Assembly (NCBI GenBank): GCA_001793095.1
Contig: MGHG01000009.1
Location: forward strand, 157,042-221,041
Source of the DNA: Candidatus Woesebacteria bacterium RIFCSPLOWO2_01_FULL_39_23
Lineage (GTDB): Bacteria; Patescibacteriota; Microgenomatia; UBA8517
Length of the DNA stretch: 64,000 nucleotides
Direction: 5' to 3'
Shown here: piece after piece, positions 1 through 10,112 of the stretch
Layout: every line of letters starts with the position of its first letter
Numbering within the stretch: position 1 is the stretch's first letter
Notes under the pieces: model-generated
The model's database searches: none
Told to the model about the DNA's origin: nothing
What the model saw: the letters and a program-made list of their open reading frames with translations, nothing else
Position numbers and translations under genes: made by a program

Positions 1-64
1 ACTCAGACCGTCTAGTAAAGAATATTCTGTATGAACATGAAGATGAACGAATTTACTAGACATA

Positions 65-682
65 TTACCTTCCTACCTTCTTTTCTTTTTTTACATTATG
101 CATATTTCTATCTGCCTCCGTAATTAATTTTTCAATTGTGTCGTCTGGATTAGCCTGAGAGTAACCTGTAGAGATATCAATTTTTCGGGCTAGGTTCTCT
201 ACATCTACTTCTTTATAAATAACGCTATCCAGATGTTTTCTTAAATACTCTATTGCATGATCTTTAATATAAGACTTTATTCTTTCTTCAACTACCTTAA
301 TGGTGTTAATATTTGTATCGGGATAATATGCTATATACTCATCACCCGCATACCTTCCGACAATGTCAGAATCTCTCATCGATGATTTATATGCTTCAGC
401 TATAAACTGTATTACAACGTCACCGACTGGTAACCCATAGGGATCATTTATTTTTTCTTTAAAGTTGTCGATATCCGCTATAGAGACAACTGATTCTCCT
501 TTACCGCTCCTTTTTAGTATTCGCTGTTGCTGTCTTGCTAATTCTTTAAATAAATACAGGCTATTTAACCCTGTTTTTGTATCCACTAACAAATTTTTGT
601 TTTGGTCTATTAAAGTTCTTGTTGCTGCTTCTGGGTCATTTTTAACCCACTCTAGCATACCATCGAAGTCATTTTGCTCCAT
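65..682 (-). CDS. GGDEF-domain (diguanylate cyclase-like) protein with degenerate active-site motif (RYAGDEY instead of GGDEF), short N-terminus, no obvious sensor domain
   Basis: Translation shows the GGDEF-domain pattern (DIDNFKxINDxxG ... GDxVIxxIA ... RYAGDEY). The stop of gatB (685) is 2 nt upstream of its start, so it is co-transcribed with gatB. Confidence 0.6.
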   Translation of the reverse strand: MEQNDFDGMLEWVKNDPEAATRTLIDQNKNLLVDTKTGLNSLYLFKELARQQQRILKRSGKGESVVSIADIDNFKEKINDPYGLPVGDVVIQFIAEAYKSSMRDSDIVGRYAGDEYIAYYPDTNINTIKVVEERIKSYIKDHAIEYLRKHLDSVIYKEVDVENLARKIDISTGYSQANPDDTIEKLITEADRNMHNVKKEKKVGR

Positions 683-684
683 GA

Positions 685-2019
685 TTATTTAATCTGTAAT
701 GATTTGTATAATGAACTACTTATAACTTTAGGATCTCCTTTACCTTTTAATTTCTTTTGTACCATACCGATTAGAAATCCAGTCACTGCTCCTTTGCCGT
801 TTTGATAATCATTTACTGCCTTTCGCTCTTCTAATAATACTTTTTTTACGGCCTTTTCGACATCCTCAATCGAGGCATAATCAACTTTAGTTAATTCTAC
901 TATTTTCTTCAGTAATAATTCCGGTTCAGAGTAACCCTTGTCCAGGTTTTTATTGACCATAAGATCGGCAATTGTTTTCGCACTGATACTGTATTTTTCG
1001 CCTATTTTTACAGCACTTTCATAATAATCAGCCCTATTGTTATCCTGTATCAATATATCCGAATAATTTTCAGATAAGTTGTATAAATAGATAAACCTTT
1101 TTTTCTTATCTTGCGGTAATTCGATCAACTTAGATTTGATCATTGCTATTTCTTCATCAGTAAAAGTTATTGGAGGTATATCCGGTTCGGGAAAATAACG
1201 GTAATCCTGTGCTTCTTCTTTAATGCGCTGACTATACGTAGTACTTTTTGCCTCATCATATCCTCTTGTCTCCTGTATAACCCTTTCGCCCTTATAGAGA
1301 ATTTCGCTTTGTCTTTTAATTTCAGACAAAATTGCTTTATCAAGAAATCTGAATGAGTTTATATTTTTTAATTCGACCTTGTAGTCTGGTAACTTTTGAC
1401 TTTTAACTTTTGACGTTTGACTTTGCAAAGATATGTTTGCTTCCAAGCGCATTGACCCCTTTTCCATATCGGCTGACGATATTCCAAGGTATCGTACGAT
1501 GAGTTGGACGTCCTTTAAGAACTTAATTACAAGATTTACATCGTGGAAATCCGGTTCAGTTACCATTTCTATTAAAGGTACGCCACTTCTGTTAAAATCG
1601 ACTAGACTGACTTTCTTGCCATCTATTTTCTGGTGAACTAACTTTGCAGTATCTTCTTCGAGGTGAATTCTTCTGATTCTGATCGTGTCTTCGCCATTTT
1701 TCCACAAACCATTTTTACAAAAAGGTATATCGTATTGCGTTATTTGATAACCTTTCGGAAGATCAGGATAAAAATAATGTTTCCGGTCAAATTTCGAGAA
1801 TTTATTAATTTCCAACCCAAATGCAAAACCCATAAGGAGTGTGTTTTTGATTGCTAAATTATTAGGGTATGGTAGCGCACCGGGTAACCCAAGACATGTT
1901 GGACATGTGTGACTATTCGGCTTCTCACCAAAATGAAACGCAGAGCATGTGCAAAACATTTTGCTTTTCGTTTCCTCTTCGATATGAACTTCTAAACCAA
2001 TTATCGGGATGTAATTCAT
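685..2019 (-). CDS. gatB: Asp-tRNA(Asn)/Glu-tRNA(Gln) amidotransferase subunit B
   Basis: N-terminus [12 protein letters not shown]...[28 protein letters not shown] is the canonical GatB start. Length is 444 aa. Confidence 0.9.
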   Translation of the reverse strand: MNYIPIIGLEVHIEEETKSKMFCTCSAFHFGEKPNSHTCPTCLGLPGALPYPNNLAIKNTLLMGFAFGLEINKFSKFDRKHYFYPDLPKGYQITQYDIPFCKNGLWKNGEDTIRIRRIHLEEDTAKLVHQKIDGKKVSLVDFNRSGVPLIEMVTEPDFHDVNLVIKFLKDVQLIVRYLGISSADMEKGSMRLEANISLQSQTSKVKSQKLPDYKVELKNINSFRFLDKAILSEIKRQSEILYKGERVIQETRGYDEAKSTTYSQRIKEEAQDYRYFPEPDIPPITFTDEEIAMIKSKLIELPQDKKKRFIYLYNLSENYSDILIQDNNRADYYESAVKIGEKYSISAKTIADLMVNKNLDKGYSEPELLLKKIVELTKVDYASIEDVEKAVKKVLLEERKAVNDYQNGKGAVTGFLIGMVQKKLKGKGDPKVISSSLYKSLQIK

Positions 2020-3290
2020 ACAACGAATAACCTTAATAAACTTTTACCATTGAGTAATTCTTGACCAATCTTTCTCGAAAAGTAAACAGCGAAAAGACAA
2101 AGTGTTCCAAGCACGAAAAATAAGGATTTTATGCCTAATATCTCCGAAATTGCACCGGATAACACTAATGGGATAATTGTAATTACTGTCTCGATAAACC
2201 AAAAATTACCGAAAACCCTTCCTCTTAAACCACCCGGTGTTTCTTCCTGTAAGAAAGTTTGAGCTGGTATTAAAACACTGATAAAAAGGAAACCCGATAA
2301 AAATATCAACAACAAAGAAATTGGAATTCTTATGACATTAGTTATAAGCGGAATTATAAATATTATTACGAAGATAATGATAGCCAATCCCATGAAACTC
2401 GCTTCAATCAATGCTTTCTTTCTCCATAACCCTCTTAAATAATTAGGAATTACCAGAGCCGCAGTAATTGTGCCGATACCTGCCGGTACAACAATATAAA
2501 TCCCGGCTAAATTAATACTAATATGAAAAATGTCTTTTGCGAGTAATGGGATATTAACAATAATAATTGCCAGAGCCGTTTGAATCATCATTAATATCAA
2601 AAAAGGCAGAAGCACTTTATTATTATTTTTTATAAATTTAAGGCCGTCGAATATACTTCCGAAAAAATTCATAAATTTTGTTTCAAAGCTCTTGGTTGCT
2701 TGGAGTAAAACGGGCATATTGGGAAGAAATATAACGCTTATAAAAGCTGAAAATAAGAGTGCTGAACACATGATGAGTGAATTCGTGAAACCGAAATACT
2801 GGTTAAGAAAACCCGCAACACCGAAACCAAAAACTAGAGAGCTTTGTTGGGTAATAAAAAATAAACTGTTCGCCAGAACTAAATTTTTCTTTTCTACTAC
2901 CCCAGGAAGAGAGGCGCTTTCTGCCGGAACATAAAATTGATTGATAAAAGAATATAATATTGCTACACCATAAAAAAGAAACAATCTTCCTCCATGCAAA
3001 AGCGCAAAAGAAAAGATTAACACTGCTTGCAATAGGTTGGTGATAATGAGTATTTTCTTCCTATCAAGAATGTCGACTGTTGCCGAAGCAAACGGACCTA
3101 TTGCGATAGCAGGTATTGCATACGAAACCCATAGAAATGACGTGGCCAGTGAACTACCCGTTCTTTCAAAAAGTTTAATGAGCAGTAAAAAGTTCATGAC
3201 GTTTATTGTGACTTGTGAAAGAATCTGTGAAAGCCAGAGGTAGATAAAATATTTATTTTTGAGAATCGGTTTATAATTGCTGATCATCAT
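2016..3290 (-). CDS. MFS-type transporter (about 12 predicted TM helices)
   Basis: Highly hydrophobic 424-aa protein with repeated 6+6 helix organisation and MFS-like loops. It overlaps the gatB start by 4 nt and sits between gatA and gatB. Confidence 0.65.
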   Translation of the reverse strand: MMISNYKPILKNKYFIYLWLSQILSQVTINVMNFLLLIKLFERTGSSLATSFLWVSYAIPAIAIGPFASATVDILDRKKILIITNLLQAVLIFSFALLHGGRLFLFYGVAILYSFINQFYVPAESASLPGVVEKKNLVLANSLFFITQQSSLVFGFGVAGFLNQYFGFTNSLIMCSALLFSAFISVIFLPNMPVLLQATKSFETKFMNFFGSIFDGLKFIKNNNKVLLPFLILMMIQTALAIIIVNIPLLAKDIFHISINLAGIYIVVPAGIGTITAALVIPNYLRGLWRKKALIEASFMGLAIIIFVIIFIIPLITNVIRIPISLLLIFLSGFLFISVLIPAQTFLQEETPGGLRGRVFGNFWFIETVITIIPLVLSGAISEILGIKSLFFVLGTLCLFAVYFSRKIGQELLNGKSLLRLFVV

Positions 3291-3295
3291 AAGAG

Positions 3296-4702
3296 TTAAA
3301 GAGCTGCCACTTTTGGCTTGTATTTTGATGATACTTCAAAAGTTTTTGCGAGACCAAAAAGTCTATCTTCTGAGAACCTCGGACCCATGATTTGAAAACC
3401 CAAGGGTAAACCGTTCTTTGTTGCATTAAATGGAAAAGAAATTGCCGGTATCCCGGAAAGATTTGCTGCCACAGTTAAAATATCGGCCAAATACATTGAA
3501 AGTGGATTATCAACTTTTTCACCAATTTTAAATGCGGGTGTTGGGGAAACGGGTGCGATAAGTGCATCAACTTTATTAAATACATTATCAAAATCTGCAA
3601 TAATTTTAGTTCTGACCTTCATCGCCTTTAAATAATAGGCATCATAATAACCTGCGGATAAAACATAGCTACCTAACATGATTCGTCTTTTTGCTTCATC
3701 TCCAAATGCATCTCTCTTATTACCAAACCTGATACCGTCATATCGACCTAAATTTGAGGAGACCTCGGCGGTTTGGATAATATAATAGACATCAATCGCA
3801 TACTTGGTGTGAGGTAGACTTATTTCTTCTATCTTACAGCCTGCTTTTGTAAACACCTCACACGCGTGTAATACATTTTCTTTTACTTCTGCATCGATAC
3901 CTCCAATGAAATATTCTTTAGGTAAACCTATAAGCGGTTTAGACGCTAAATTTGCGCTCTTGGGAAAATTTGCTTGTGTAGCATCATGATAATCCAACTG
4001 TTTTGTGACAGAAAATACCCTTTCGCAATCATCAATACACCTCGTAAAATGCCCTATTGAATCAAGAGACGATGCCATGGCAACAATTCCGTATCTTGAA
4101 ACAGCCCCATATGTCGGTTTAAAACCAACCATCCCACAAAAGCTAGCCGGCTGTCTAATCGAGCCTCCTGTATCCGTTCCCGTAGCTACTAACGAAAAAT
4201 TTGCCGCTATGGCTGCTGCCGAGCCACTGGATGACCCACCGGGCACATAGTCAGTGTTCCACGGATTTTTTGTCGGACCATAATCTGAATTTTCACCCGA
4301 AGCCCCATGTGCCCATGCATCACAATTCGTTTTTCCAATCATAATACTACCCGCGTTTTCAAGAGCTTCAACAACGGTCGCAGAATATGAAGGAATATAA
4401 TTTTCAAGTACGCGTGATCCTGCAGTTGTTCTCACACCTTGGGTTAAAAATAAATCTTTGTACGATACTGTTACCCCCAAAAGCGGATAGTCTTTAAATG
4501 CATCTGGACCTGAATCCTTGAGGATCTTGTCACACCTTTCTGCTTCTTCATAAGCTTTATCTTTGGTTAGAGTAATAAAACAATTAAGTTTTTTATCATA
4601 GCTTTCGATACGTTCAAAATAAGCGTTTAGCAAGTCAACTATCGAGTACTTACTTTGAATTAAGTCTGCGTGCAGCTCTGATATTACTAGGGGGATAATC
4701 AT
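3296..4702 (-). CDS. gatA: Glu-tRNA(Gln) amidotransferase subunit A (amidase signature family)
   Basis: Amidase signature GGSSSGSAAAIA and GatA-like termini; 468 aa. Confidence 0.9.
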   Translation of the reverse strand: MIIPLVISELHADLIQSKYSIVDLLNAYFERIESYDKKLNCFITLTKDKAYEEAERCDKILKDSGPDAFKDYPLLGVTVSYKDLFLTQGVRTTAGSRVLENYIPSYSATVVEALENAGSIMIGKTNCDAWAHGASGENSDYGPTKNPWNTDYVPGGSSSGSAAAIAANFSLVATGTDTGGSIRQPASFCGMVGFKPTYGAVSRYGIVAMASSLDSIGHFTRCIDDCERVFSVTKQLDYHDATQANFPKSANLASKPLIGLPKEYFIGGIDAEVKENVLHACEVFTKAGCKIEEISLPHTKYAIDVYYIIQTAEVSSNLGRYDGIRFGNKRDAFGDEAKRRIMLGSYVLSAGYYDAYYLKAMKVRTKIIADFDNVFNKVDALIAPVSPTPAFKIGEKVDNPLSMYLADILTVAANLSGIPAISFPFNATKNGLPLGFQIMGPRFSEDRLFGLAKTFEVSSKYKPKVAAL

Positions 4703-4703
4703 C

Positions 4704-5006
4704 TTAAAAATCTTTTTCTTCTAAAACAATCGGTACGACGAAATAGTTATTATAAGTTTTATCTGAGGAGCTTAATGCATCTTGCTGCGACAAGCAACTC
4801 TGTACGTTATCGTCGCGGGTCACATTCTGTAATCCCGTCGTTTGGCTTGTCGGCTCGGTTATATTTGTCTCAACTTCTTTTAACTCTTCGAAATAATCAA
4901 TTACCTTAGTCAATTGAGTCCAAAATTTCTCAGGCTCGCCTTTTTTTAGCTTAAGGGATGCAAGTGTTGCTATATGCTTAACGTCCGATCCGGATAATAT
5001 AGTCAT
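4704..5006 (-). CDS. gatC: Glu-tRNA(Gln) amidotransferase subunit C
   Basis: 100-aa protein 1 nt upstream of gatA. N-terminal LSGSDVKHIATLASLKL is GatC-like. Confidence 0.75.
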   Translation of the reverse strand: MTILSGSDVKHIATLASLKLKKGEPEKFWTQLTKVIDYFEELKEVETNITEPTSQTTGLQNVTRDDNVQSCLSQQDALSSSDKTYNNYFVVPIVLEEKDF

Positions 5007-5057
5007 TTAATTCTTTTCAATCTTAACTCTGAAGAAGAAAACTCTCAAGAAGCTTTT

Positions 5058-5153
5058 TCACCTTTTGTGGGTAAATTTATTTACGACAAAAAGAATTCCA
5101 ATTGCCAGTATCGCAGTAATTATCAGAATAACTATTCCGAATCCACCAACCAT
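5058..5153 (-). CDS. possible 31-aa single-TM peptide (MVGGFGIVILIITAILAIGILFVVNKFTHKR); below the ORF-track size cutoff
   Basis: Own translation of the minus strand: ATG to TGA with a hydrophobic core, between htpX and gatC. No other support. Confidence 0.2.
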   Translation of the reverse strand: MVGGFGIVILIITAILAIGILFVVNKFTHKR

Positions 5154-5199
5154 ATTCTAACTATACATAAGTCTTAGTTCAAATATCAAGTAGTAATCA

Positions 5200-6129
5200 T
5201 CACTGCATTTCCCCAAGCACCTTAATTCTTTCAGCTATGGGTGGATGGGTATTAAAAAGATTTGAAAACCAGCTGACACCGGTTTTGATGCGGTCTTTAA
5301 AGGGATTAACAATATATAGGTGTGCAGTTGCCTTATTTGCTGCCTCCAGAGGTTCAGGGTCAGTCGATATTTTTTTGAGAGCTGATATAAGTCCTTCGGG
5401 TTGCCTTGTTATCGAAACAGATCCTGCATCCGCCATAAATTCCCTTCTACGTGATATTGCAAGCTGAATTAGCGTAGCAATAATCGGAGAAAGTATGGCG
5501 AAAACTATCCCAAGTATAATAAGAATTGCTCCAAGTTGTCCACCTTCGTCATCTCTGCCTCTTCTACCTCTCCAACTAAATCTTAAAAACCAGTCCCCTA
5601 AGAGTGCAACCATACCGACCATTACCGCAACAATAGACATCAAACGCGTATCATAATTTCTTATGTGGCTCATCTCGTGAGCAATAACGCCTTCGATTTC
5701 AGACTTACTTAATTTCTCAAGCAGACCGGTCGTTGCACAAATTACTGCGTGCTTTGGATCCCTGCCTGTTGCGAACGCGTTTGGTGCTGAATCTGCTATA
5801 ACGTACAAATCCGGCTTGGGTGAACCCGTTGATAAAGCTATGTTTTCGGTAGAGGTGTAAAAATTAAAATCTCGGTTCCGATCTGCCTTTCTCGCTCCTG
5901 ATATACCTAAAACAATACGGTCGGAAAAGTAGTAACTGACAAAAGAGATGACTCCGCTTAGTATAGCTGCAAGACCAAAATAACCCAATCCTCCGGGTCT
6001 ATAACCCATATATAGGCCGAAGGCTTGGGTTAGAATATAAGTTGATATACCAATAAAAAGCGTAAATAATACAATTATTACAGCACTTTTTATTTTATTA
6101 GCTGCTTGAACCTCGTAAATATTACGCAT
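5200..6129 (-). CDS. htpX: HtpX-family M48 zinc metalloprotease
   Basis: HEMSHI (HExxH) motif flanked by TM helices. M48/HtpX architecture. Confidence 0.8.
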   Translation of the reverse strand: MRNIYEVQAANKIKSAVIIVLFTLFIGISTYILTQAFGLYMGYRPGGLGYFGLAAILSGVISFVSYYFSDRIVLGISGARKADRNRDFNFYTSTENIALSTGSPKPDLYVIADSAPNAFATGRDPKHAVICATTGLLEKLSKSEIEGVIAHEMSHIRNYDTRLMSIVAVMVGMVALLGDWFLRFSWRGRRGRDDEGGQLGAILIILGIVFAILSPIIATLIQLAISRRREFMADAGSVSITRQPEGLISALKKISTDPEPLEAANKATAHLYIVNPFKDRIKTGVSWFSNLFNTHPPIAERIKVLGEMQ

Positions 6130-6208
6130 ATCAGAGTATAAGAGTTTAAGAGTAGAAAGGTAGAAGTAAAAGAAATATTATCTTATACTTTTACACTCTC
6201 CTGCTCTT

Positions 6209-6793
6209 TTACTCTAAATCAATTTTCGGTGTTGTCATTTCCGACTCGTCAACCTCCATTTTACCTTCCGGGGTTTTTAAGCCCTGCATTTCAGTAAAAC
6301 CAAATAAGTTTGCAACTAAATTGGAAGGGAAAGTGGCTCTTTTTACATTAAAATCAGCAGACAAATCTATAAGAAGTCGACGTGCGTACATTATTTTATC
6401 GGATGTATCCCTCAGTTCATCCATTAATTTACTGACAACCTCAGACCCTTTAATTTCAGGATTACTTTCAACAATAACTTTTATATCAGGCAAGATGGCT
6501 GACAGTTTAGTCCCCGCATCCGCCATTTTCTGTAGGTTACCGGATTCGATAGCCTGATTAATGCTTTTTCTAGCTTCTGTTAACTTAACAAAAATGTCTT
6601 TTTCGTGCTTTAGATAGCCTTTTGTTGAATCGACAAGATTTGGAATAAGATCAGCCTGTCTTTTTAGTTGATTGCCAATTTCTTGTATCGAAGCTTTTAT
6701 TCTTGCTTTGGATGATACAAAAAAATTATAAGTAGAAATTACCCAAGCAACTATTGCTAATACTGCAATTAATAAAACCCATATAAAAACCAT
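6209..6793 (-). CDS. lemA: LemA family protein
   Basis: N-terminal TM followed by the LemA-like region (YNFFVSSKARIKASIQEIGNQLKRQADLIPNLV). Classic lemA–htpX pairing. Confidence 0.8.
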   Translation of the reverse strand: MVFIWVLLIAVLAIVAWVISTYNFFVSSKARIKASIQEIGNQLKRQADLIPNLVDSTKGYLKHEKDIFVKLTEARKSINQAIESGNLQKMADAGTKLSAILPDIKVIVESNPEIKGSEVVSKLMDELRDTSDKIMYARRLLIDLSADFNVKRATFPSNLVANLFGFTEMQGLKTPEGKMEVDESEMTTPKIDLE

Positions 6794-6896
6794 AAATAAT
6801 CACCTCTCTCCGAGCCAGAGGCTCTCCGAGCCGGTGGCCATTTACAGTACCTACACGACTTCGGGTTTTGAATGAGTCCCGGGCAACACAAATTGA
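6794..6896 (-). promoter_or_regulatory. GC-rich intergenic leader of lemA: strong SD (GAGGTG, 7-nt spacer) plus repeated ctctccgagcc units forming alternative hairpins (ggctc/gagcc)
   Basis: Seen directly: two copies of ctctccgagcc, complementary ggctc/gagcc arms, and a cccggg palindrome. GC is well above the local background. Confidence 0.35.
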
Positions 6897-8705
6897 TTAA
6901 CTATTTAATTCTAACATCTTTTCAAATTCTTTTAATGACCTAGTATTTACAATATTTTTCTTTTCTGCCCATCCACGTCTGGCTGTAGCGACCGCATACT
7001 TCATATTGTCCAAACCATCTGTGTGGTGTGCATCCGTGCCCATCGTTAGTTTTATACCATGGATTAGCGCTTCTTTGATAAGGAAATCAGGTAAATCCAA
7101 CCTCATCGGGTCAGCATTTACCTCAAGCCACTTATTATTTTCTTTGCAAAATTGGAATACTTTTTCCCAATCCAAATCTATCCCCTCCCTGTCATTTAAT
7201 TTTCTCGCAGTCGGATGTGCAAATATTCTACATTTAGGATGTGATAGCGCCGAAATTACTCTTTGAGTCATAATTTCTCTTGCTTGTCTGAAACTGGAGT
7301 GAATAGAAACTAAAGCAAAATCCAGAGTTTCAAGACCTGCATCCGGAACCGGAAGTTTACCGTTAGGTAAAATGTCGATTTCAAGACTGTTAAATACTTT
7401 CACTACTGTGCCTTTGTGCTTTTCTACTAAAGACGCATTTATGTCATCTACCACTTTTCGTTTTTTCTTCAAAAGGTCAATTTTCTGTCGATCATTATGA
7501 TGCCTTTGACTGGGATTATGTTCGGTGAAAGCCAAGTATTCATAACCCAATGAAGAAGCTTTCTTTATAATGTCCTGCATTGAAGACTCGCCCAAGTCAT
7601 GGCTCGTTTCTATATCAAAATCGCTATGTATTTGAAAGTCTCCTTTAATATCTTGAGTTTCTACCAATGTTGGTAGTCGGCGATCAAGTGCTGCTTCAAT
7701 TTCTCCATTATCTTCCCTAAGCTCAGGAGGAATATACTCCATCCCAAGAAAGTTATAAAAATCTTTCTCTGTTGCAAATTTTTTAAGCTGCCTTCGTTTT
7801 CTATTTTTATCAATAAGATATATACCATAATCTGAAACAGATAACCCTTTTTTGAGTGCATACTCACGAAGTGCAATATTATGATGCTTGCTACCCGTAA
7901 AATGCTGTAAAAGTGAACCATAACTTTGAGGCTTTTCAACCATCAGATCAACCCGTTTGTTGCCAGGTACAATAATAGATGCAGTTCTTTTACCTTTTTC
8001 CAATGTCCGGGTAGCCTGCGGGTATTTGGTAAAATGGTCAATTACCGAAATGGGTTTGGATGACGATACGGCTATATCAACGTCTCCTACAGTCGACGCC
8101 TGCCGCCTCAAACTACCAAGGACATCCGCTCTTTTTACGGCTTTATTTTTTTTCAACCATGAAATAATGGTATGCGCAAGTTCAAGTGCGTAAGGTAGAA
8201 GTAGTCTTACCTCACGACCGCTTACTTCTTTGATTGAGTCTAACATCGCTTTTTGAGAATCTTCACCAAAGCCATCCAATTTTGCAATTTTTCCCGCTTT
8301 TGCGATTTTCTCCAAGTCCCTTATCGGATTTTCTTGTGATAATTCTGACTTAAATATTTCTACTAACTTATATGCTGTTTTTACGCCTATTCCCGGGACT
8401 TTCATAAGACTGAACATTTGAGGAGGCAAATTATCCATTACAGCATCAAAATGTTTTGATTTCCCTGTCCGAAACAGCTCGTCCAGGTGCTTTGCTATAC
8501 TTTCACCTATTCCTGGAACGTCTTCTAATTTACCTTCGTCCCAAATATCCTTTAATTCACTCGACGCATGCTCTATTGCATCTGCAGCTCTTTGATAAGC
8601 TGTAATCCTAAATAGATTTGTTTTTCCTCCCCTTAGCTGGTAAGAAGCAGCCACATCACGCAGAAGTTCAGCTATCTCGAGGTTCGTCATGTCTTTTCCG
8701 ATCAT
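6897..8705 (-). CDS. polX: Family X DNA polymerase with C-terminal PHP phosphoesterase domain (PolX)
   Basis: Pol-beta-like N-terminus (helix-hairpin-helix GIGxxxAxKI motifs, nucleotidyltransferase core) plus a PHP domain rich in His/Asp (HSDFDIETSHD ... FTEHN ... GTDAHH). Confidence 0.8.
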   Translation of the reverse strand: MIGKDMTNLEIAELLRDVAASYQLRGGKTNLFRITAYQRAADAIEHASSELKDIWDEGKLEDVPGIGESIAKHLDELFRTGKSKHFDAVMDNLPPQMFSLMKVPGIGVKTAYKLVEIFKSELSQENPIRDLEKIAKAGKIAKLDGFGEDSQKAMLDSIKEVSGREVRLLLPYALELAHTIISWLKKNKAVKRADVLGSLRRQASTVGDVDIAVSSSKPISVIDHFTKYPQATRTLEKGKRTASIIVPGNKRVDLMVEKPQSYGSLLQHFTGSKHHNIALREYALKKGLSVSDYGIYLIDKNRKRRQLKKFATEKDFYNFLGMEYIPPELREDNGEIEAALDRRLPTLVETQDIKGDFQIHSDFDIETSHDLGESSMQDIIKKASSLGYEYLAFTEHNPSQRHHNDRQKIDLLKKKRKVVDDINASLVEKHKGTVVKVFNSLEIDILPNGKLPVPDAGLETLDFALVSIHSSFRQAREIMTQRVISALSHPKCRIFAHPTARKLNDREGIDLDWEKVFQFCKENNKWLEVNADPMRLDLPDFLIKEALIHGIKLTMGTDAHHTDGLDNMKYAVATARRGWAEKKNIVNTRSLKEFEKMLELNS

Positions 8706-8812
8706 CTCTTAATTATACCAGCTCCTAAGAAATTACCTGCTCATAACTCTTGATATAAATCTTACAGAATTATTACCGCTATTTTAATAAACTATCACTA
8801 CTTTTTTAAACG

Positions 8813-10111
8813 ATGAACAGTATGGTTAATATAATATCTATAGGTGTATTACTAATAACCTTTATTCTAACTACACAAGGTATATTTACAATCTCTTGGA
8901 TGTTATACGCGTGGCAAAATCCAACTAAAACAAAAAAGTGGACGATACCGAAGAAATATGCAATTCCTAAATTGAGTTTTACCGCGTTAATTCCTGCCAG
9001 GCACGAAGAATCAGTTATTAAGGATACTATTAACTCGATCCGTGACATAAATTATCCCGAAAATCTTAAAAATATTATAGTTATATGCAGTTCGGACGAC
9101 GCGGATACTGTCAAAAAAGTTAAGGAGGCAATTGATGAAAATCAGGAAAAAAATATACAGTTAATTACATTTTTCGATCATCCTATAAATAAACCCCATG
9201 CATTAAATATAGGATTGATGCAAACCGAGAGCGATATTGTCACCATTTTCGATGCTGAGGATGAACCAGACACAGAAATCTACAATATAGTTAACACAAT
9301 TATGTTAAAAGAAAATGCTGACGTTGTTCAATCAGGAATTCAACTTATGAATTACAAGTCGCATTGGTTTTCGCCGTTAAACGTTGTAGAATATTATCTC
9401 TGGTTTAAGTCAGGTCTGCAGTTTTTTAAAAGTCTATCCCGAGTAACACCTCTTGGGGGCAATACCGTCTTTTTCAAAACACAATGGATTAAATATATCG
9501 GAGGCTGGGATAATAATGCTCTCACTGAGGATGCTGATGTAGGAGTAAGGCTGTCATCAGTATTTGCCAAGATCCGTATTGTGTATGATGAAAAACATGT
9601 GACAAGAGAAGAAACACCATCAAGTACAAGAAGCTTTGTCAGACAACGTACCCGGTGGAATCAGGGTTTTTTGCAAATACTTTTTAAAAACGAATGGAAA
9701 TCCCTTAAATTAACAAGACAAAAAATATTTGCATTGTACATTCTCATTTCGCCGGTGTTTCAGGCAACTTTATTCATTTATTTTCCAACCGGAATATATC
9801 TTGCACTAAATTCCAAACTTCCCGTTAGCGTATCATTAATTTCTTTTATCCCGTTTTATATATTTGTTTTTCAATTTTTTATTTCGCTCGTTGCGTTATA
9901 CAAATTTACAAAAGCATACGGATACAAATTTCATTGGTGGTTACCTCTTATGGTTGCGCTCACATTTTATCCCTACCAAGCGTTATTGGCGTTTTCGTCA
10001 TTACGGGCTCTTTATCGAGAATTAACCCATCATGATGAATGGGAAAAGACACTCCATCTCAACACCCATAGGCAAGAAGCTAGTTTAAAACCATCTTACG
10101 AAGTTAGTTAA
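8813..10111 (+). CDS. Processive family-2 glycosyltransferase, cellulose/chitin-synthase-like (BcsA-like core without PilZ)
   Basis: N-terminal TM, DxD-type motifs (DAEDEPD, TEDAD) and the Q(Q/R)xRW signature (QRTRWNQG), then C-terminal TM helices. Confidence 0.75.
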   Translation: MNSMVNIISIGVLLITFILTTQGIFTISWMLYAWQNPTKTKKWTIPKKYAIPKLSFTALIPARHEESVIKDTINSIRDINYPENLKNIIVICSSDDADTVKKVKEAIDENQEKNIQLITFFDHPINKPHALNIGLMQTESDIVTIFDAEDEPDTEIYNIVNTIMLKENADVVQSGIQLMNYKSHWFSPLNVVEYYLWFKSGLQFFKSLSRVTPLGGNTVFFKTQWIKYIGGWDNNALTEDADVGVRLSSVFAKIRIVYDEKHVTREETPSSTRSFVRQRTRWNQGFLQILFKNEWKSLKLTRQKIFALYILISPVFQATLFIYFPTGIYLALNSKLPVSVSLISFIPFYIFVFQFFISLVALYKFTKAYGYKFHWWLPLMVALTFYPYQALLAFSSLRALYRELTHHDEWEKTLHLNTHRQEASLKPSYEVS

Positions 10112-10112
10112 T

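Noticed and set aside
7661-7939. 92-aa ORF antisense within polX, and many similar 60–120-aa ORFs nested in or antisense to large genes (e.g. 1433–1636, 2692–2934, 4005–4250, 29144–29573, 34976–35645, 39135–40288, 45799–46397, 51221–52072, 53792–54175)
   Set aside because: They lie wholly inside confidently assigned genes on the opposite strand or in other frames and have low-complexity composition. They are typical shadow ORFs in AT-rich DNA.
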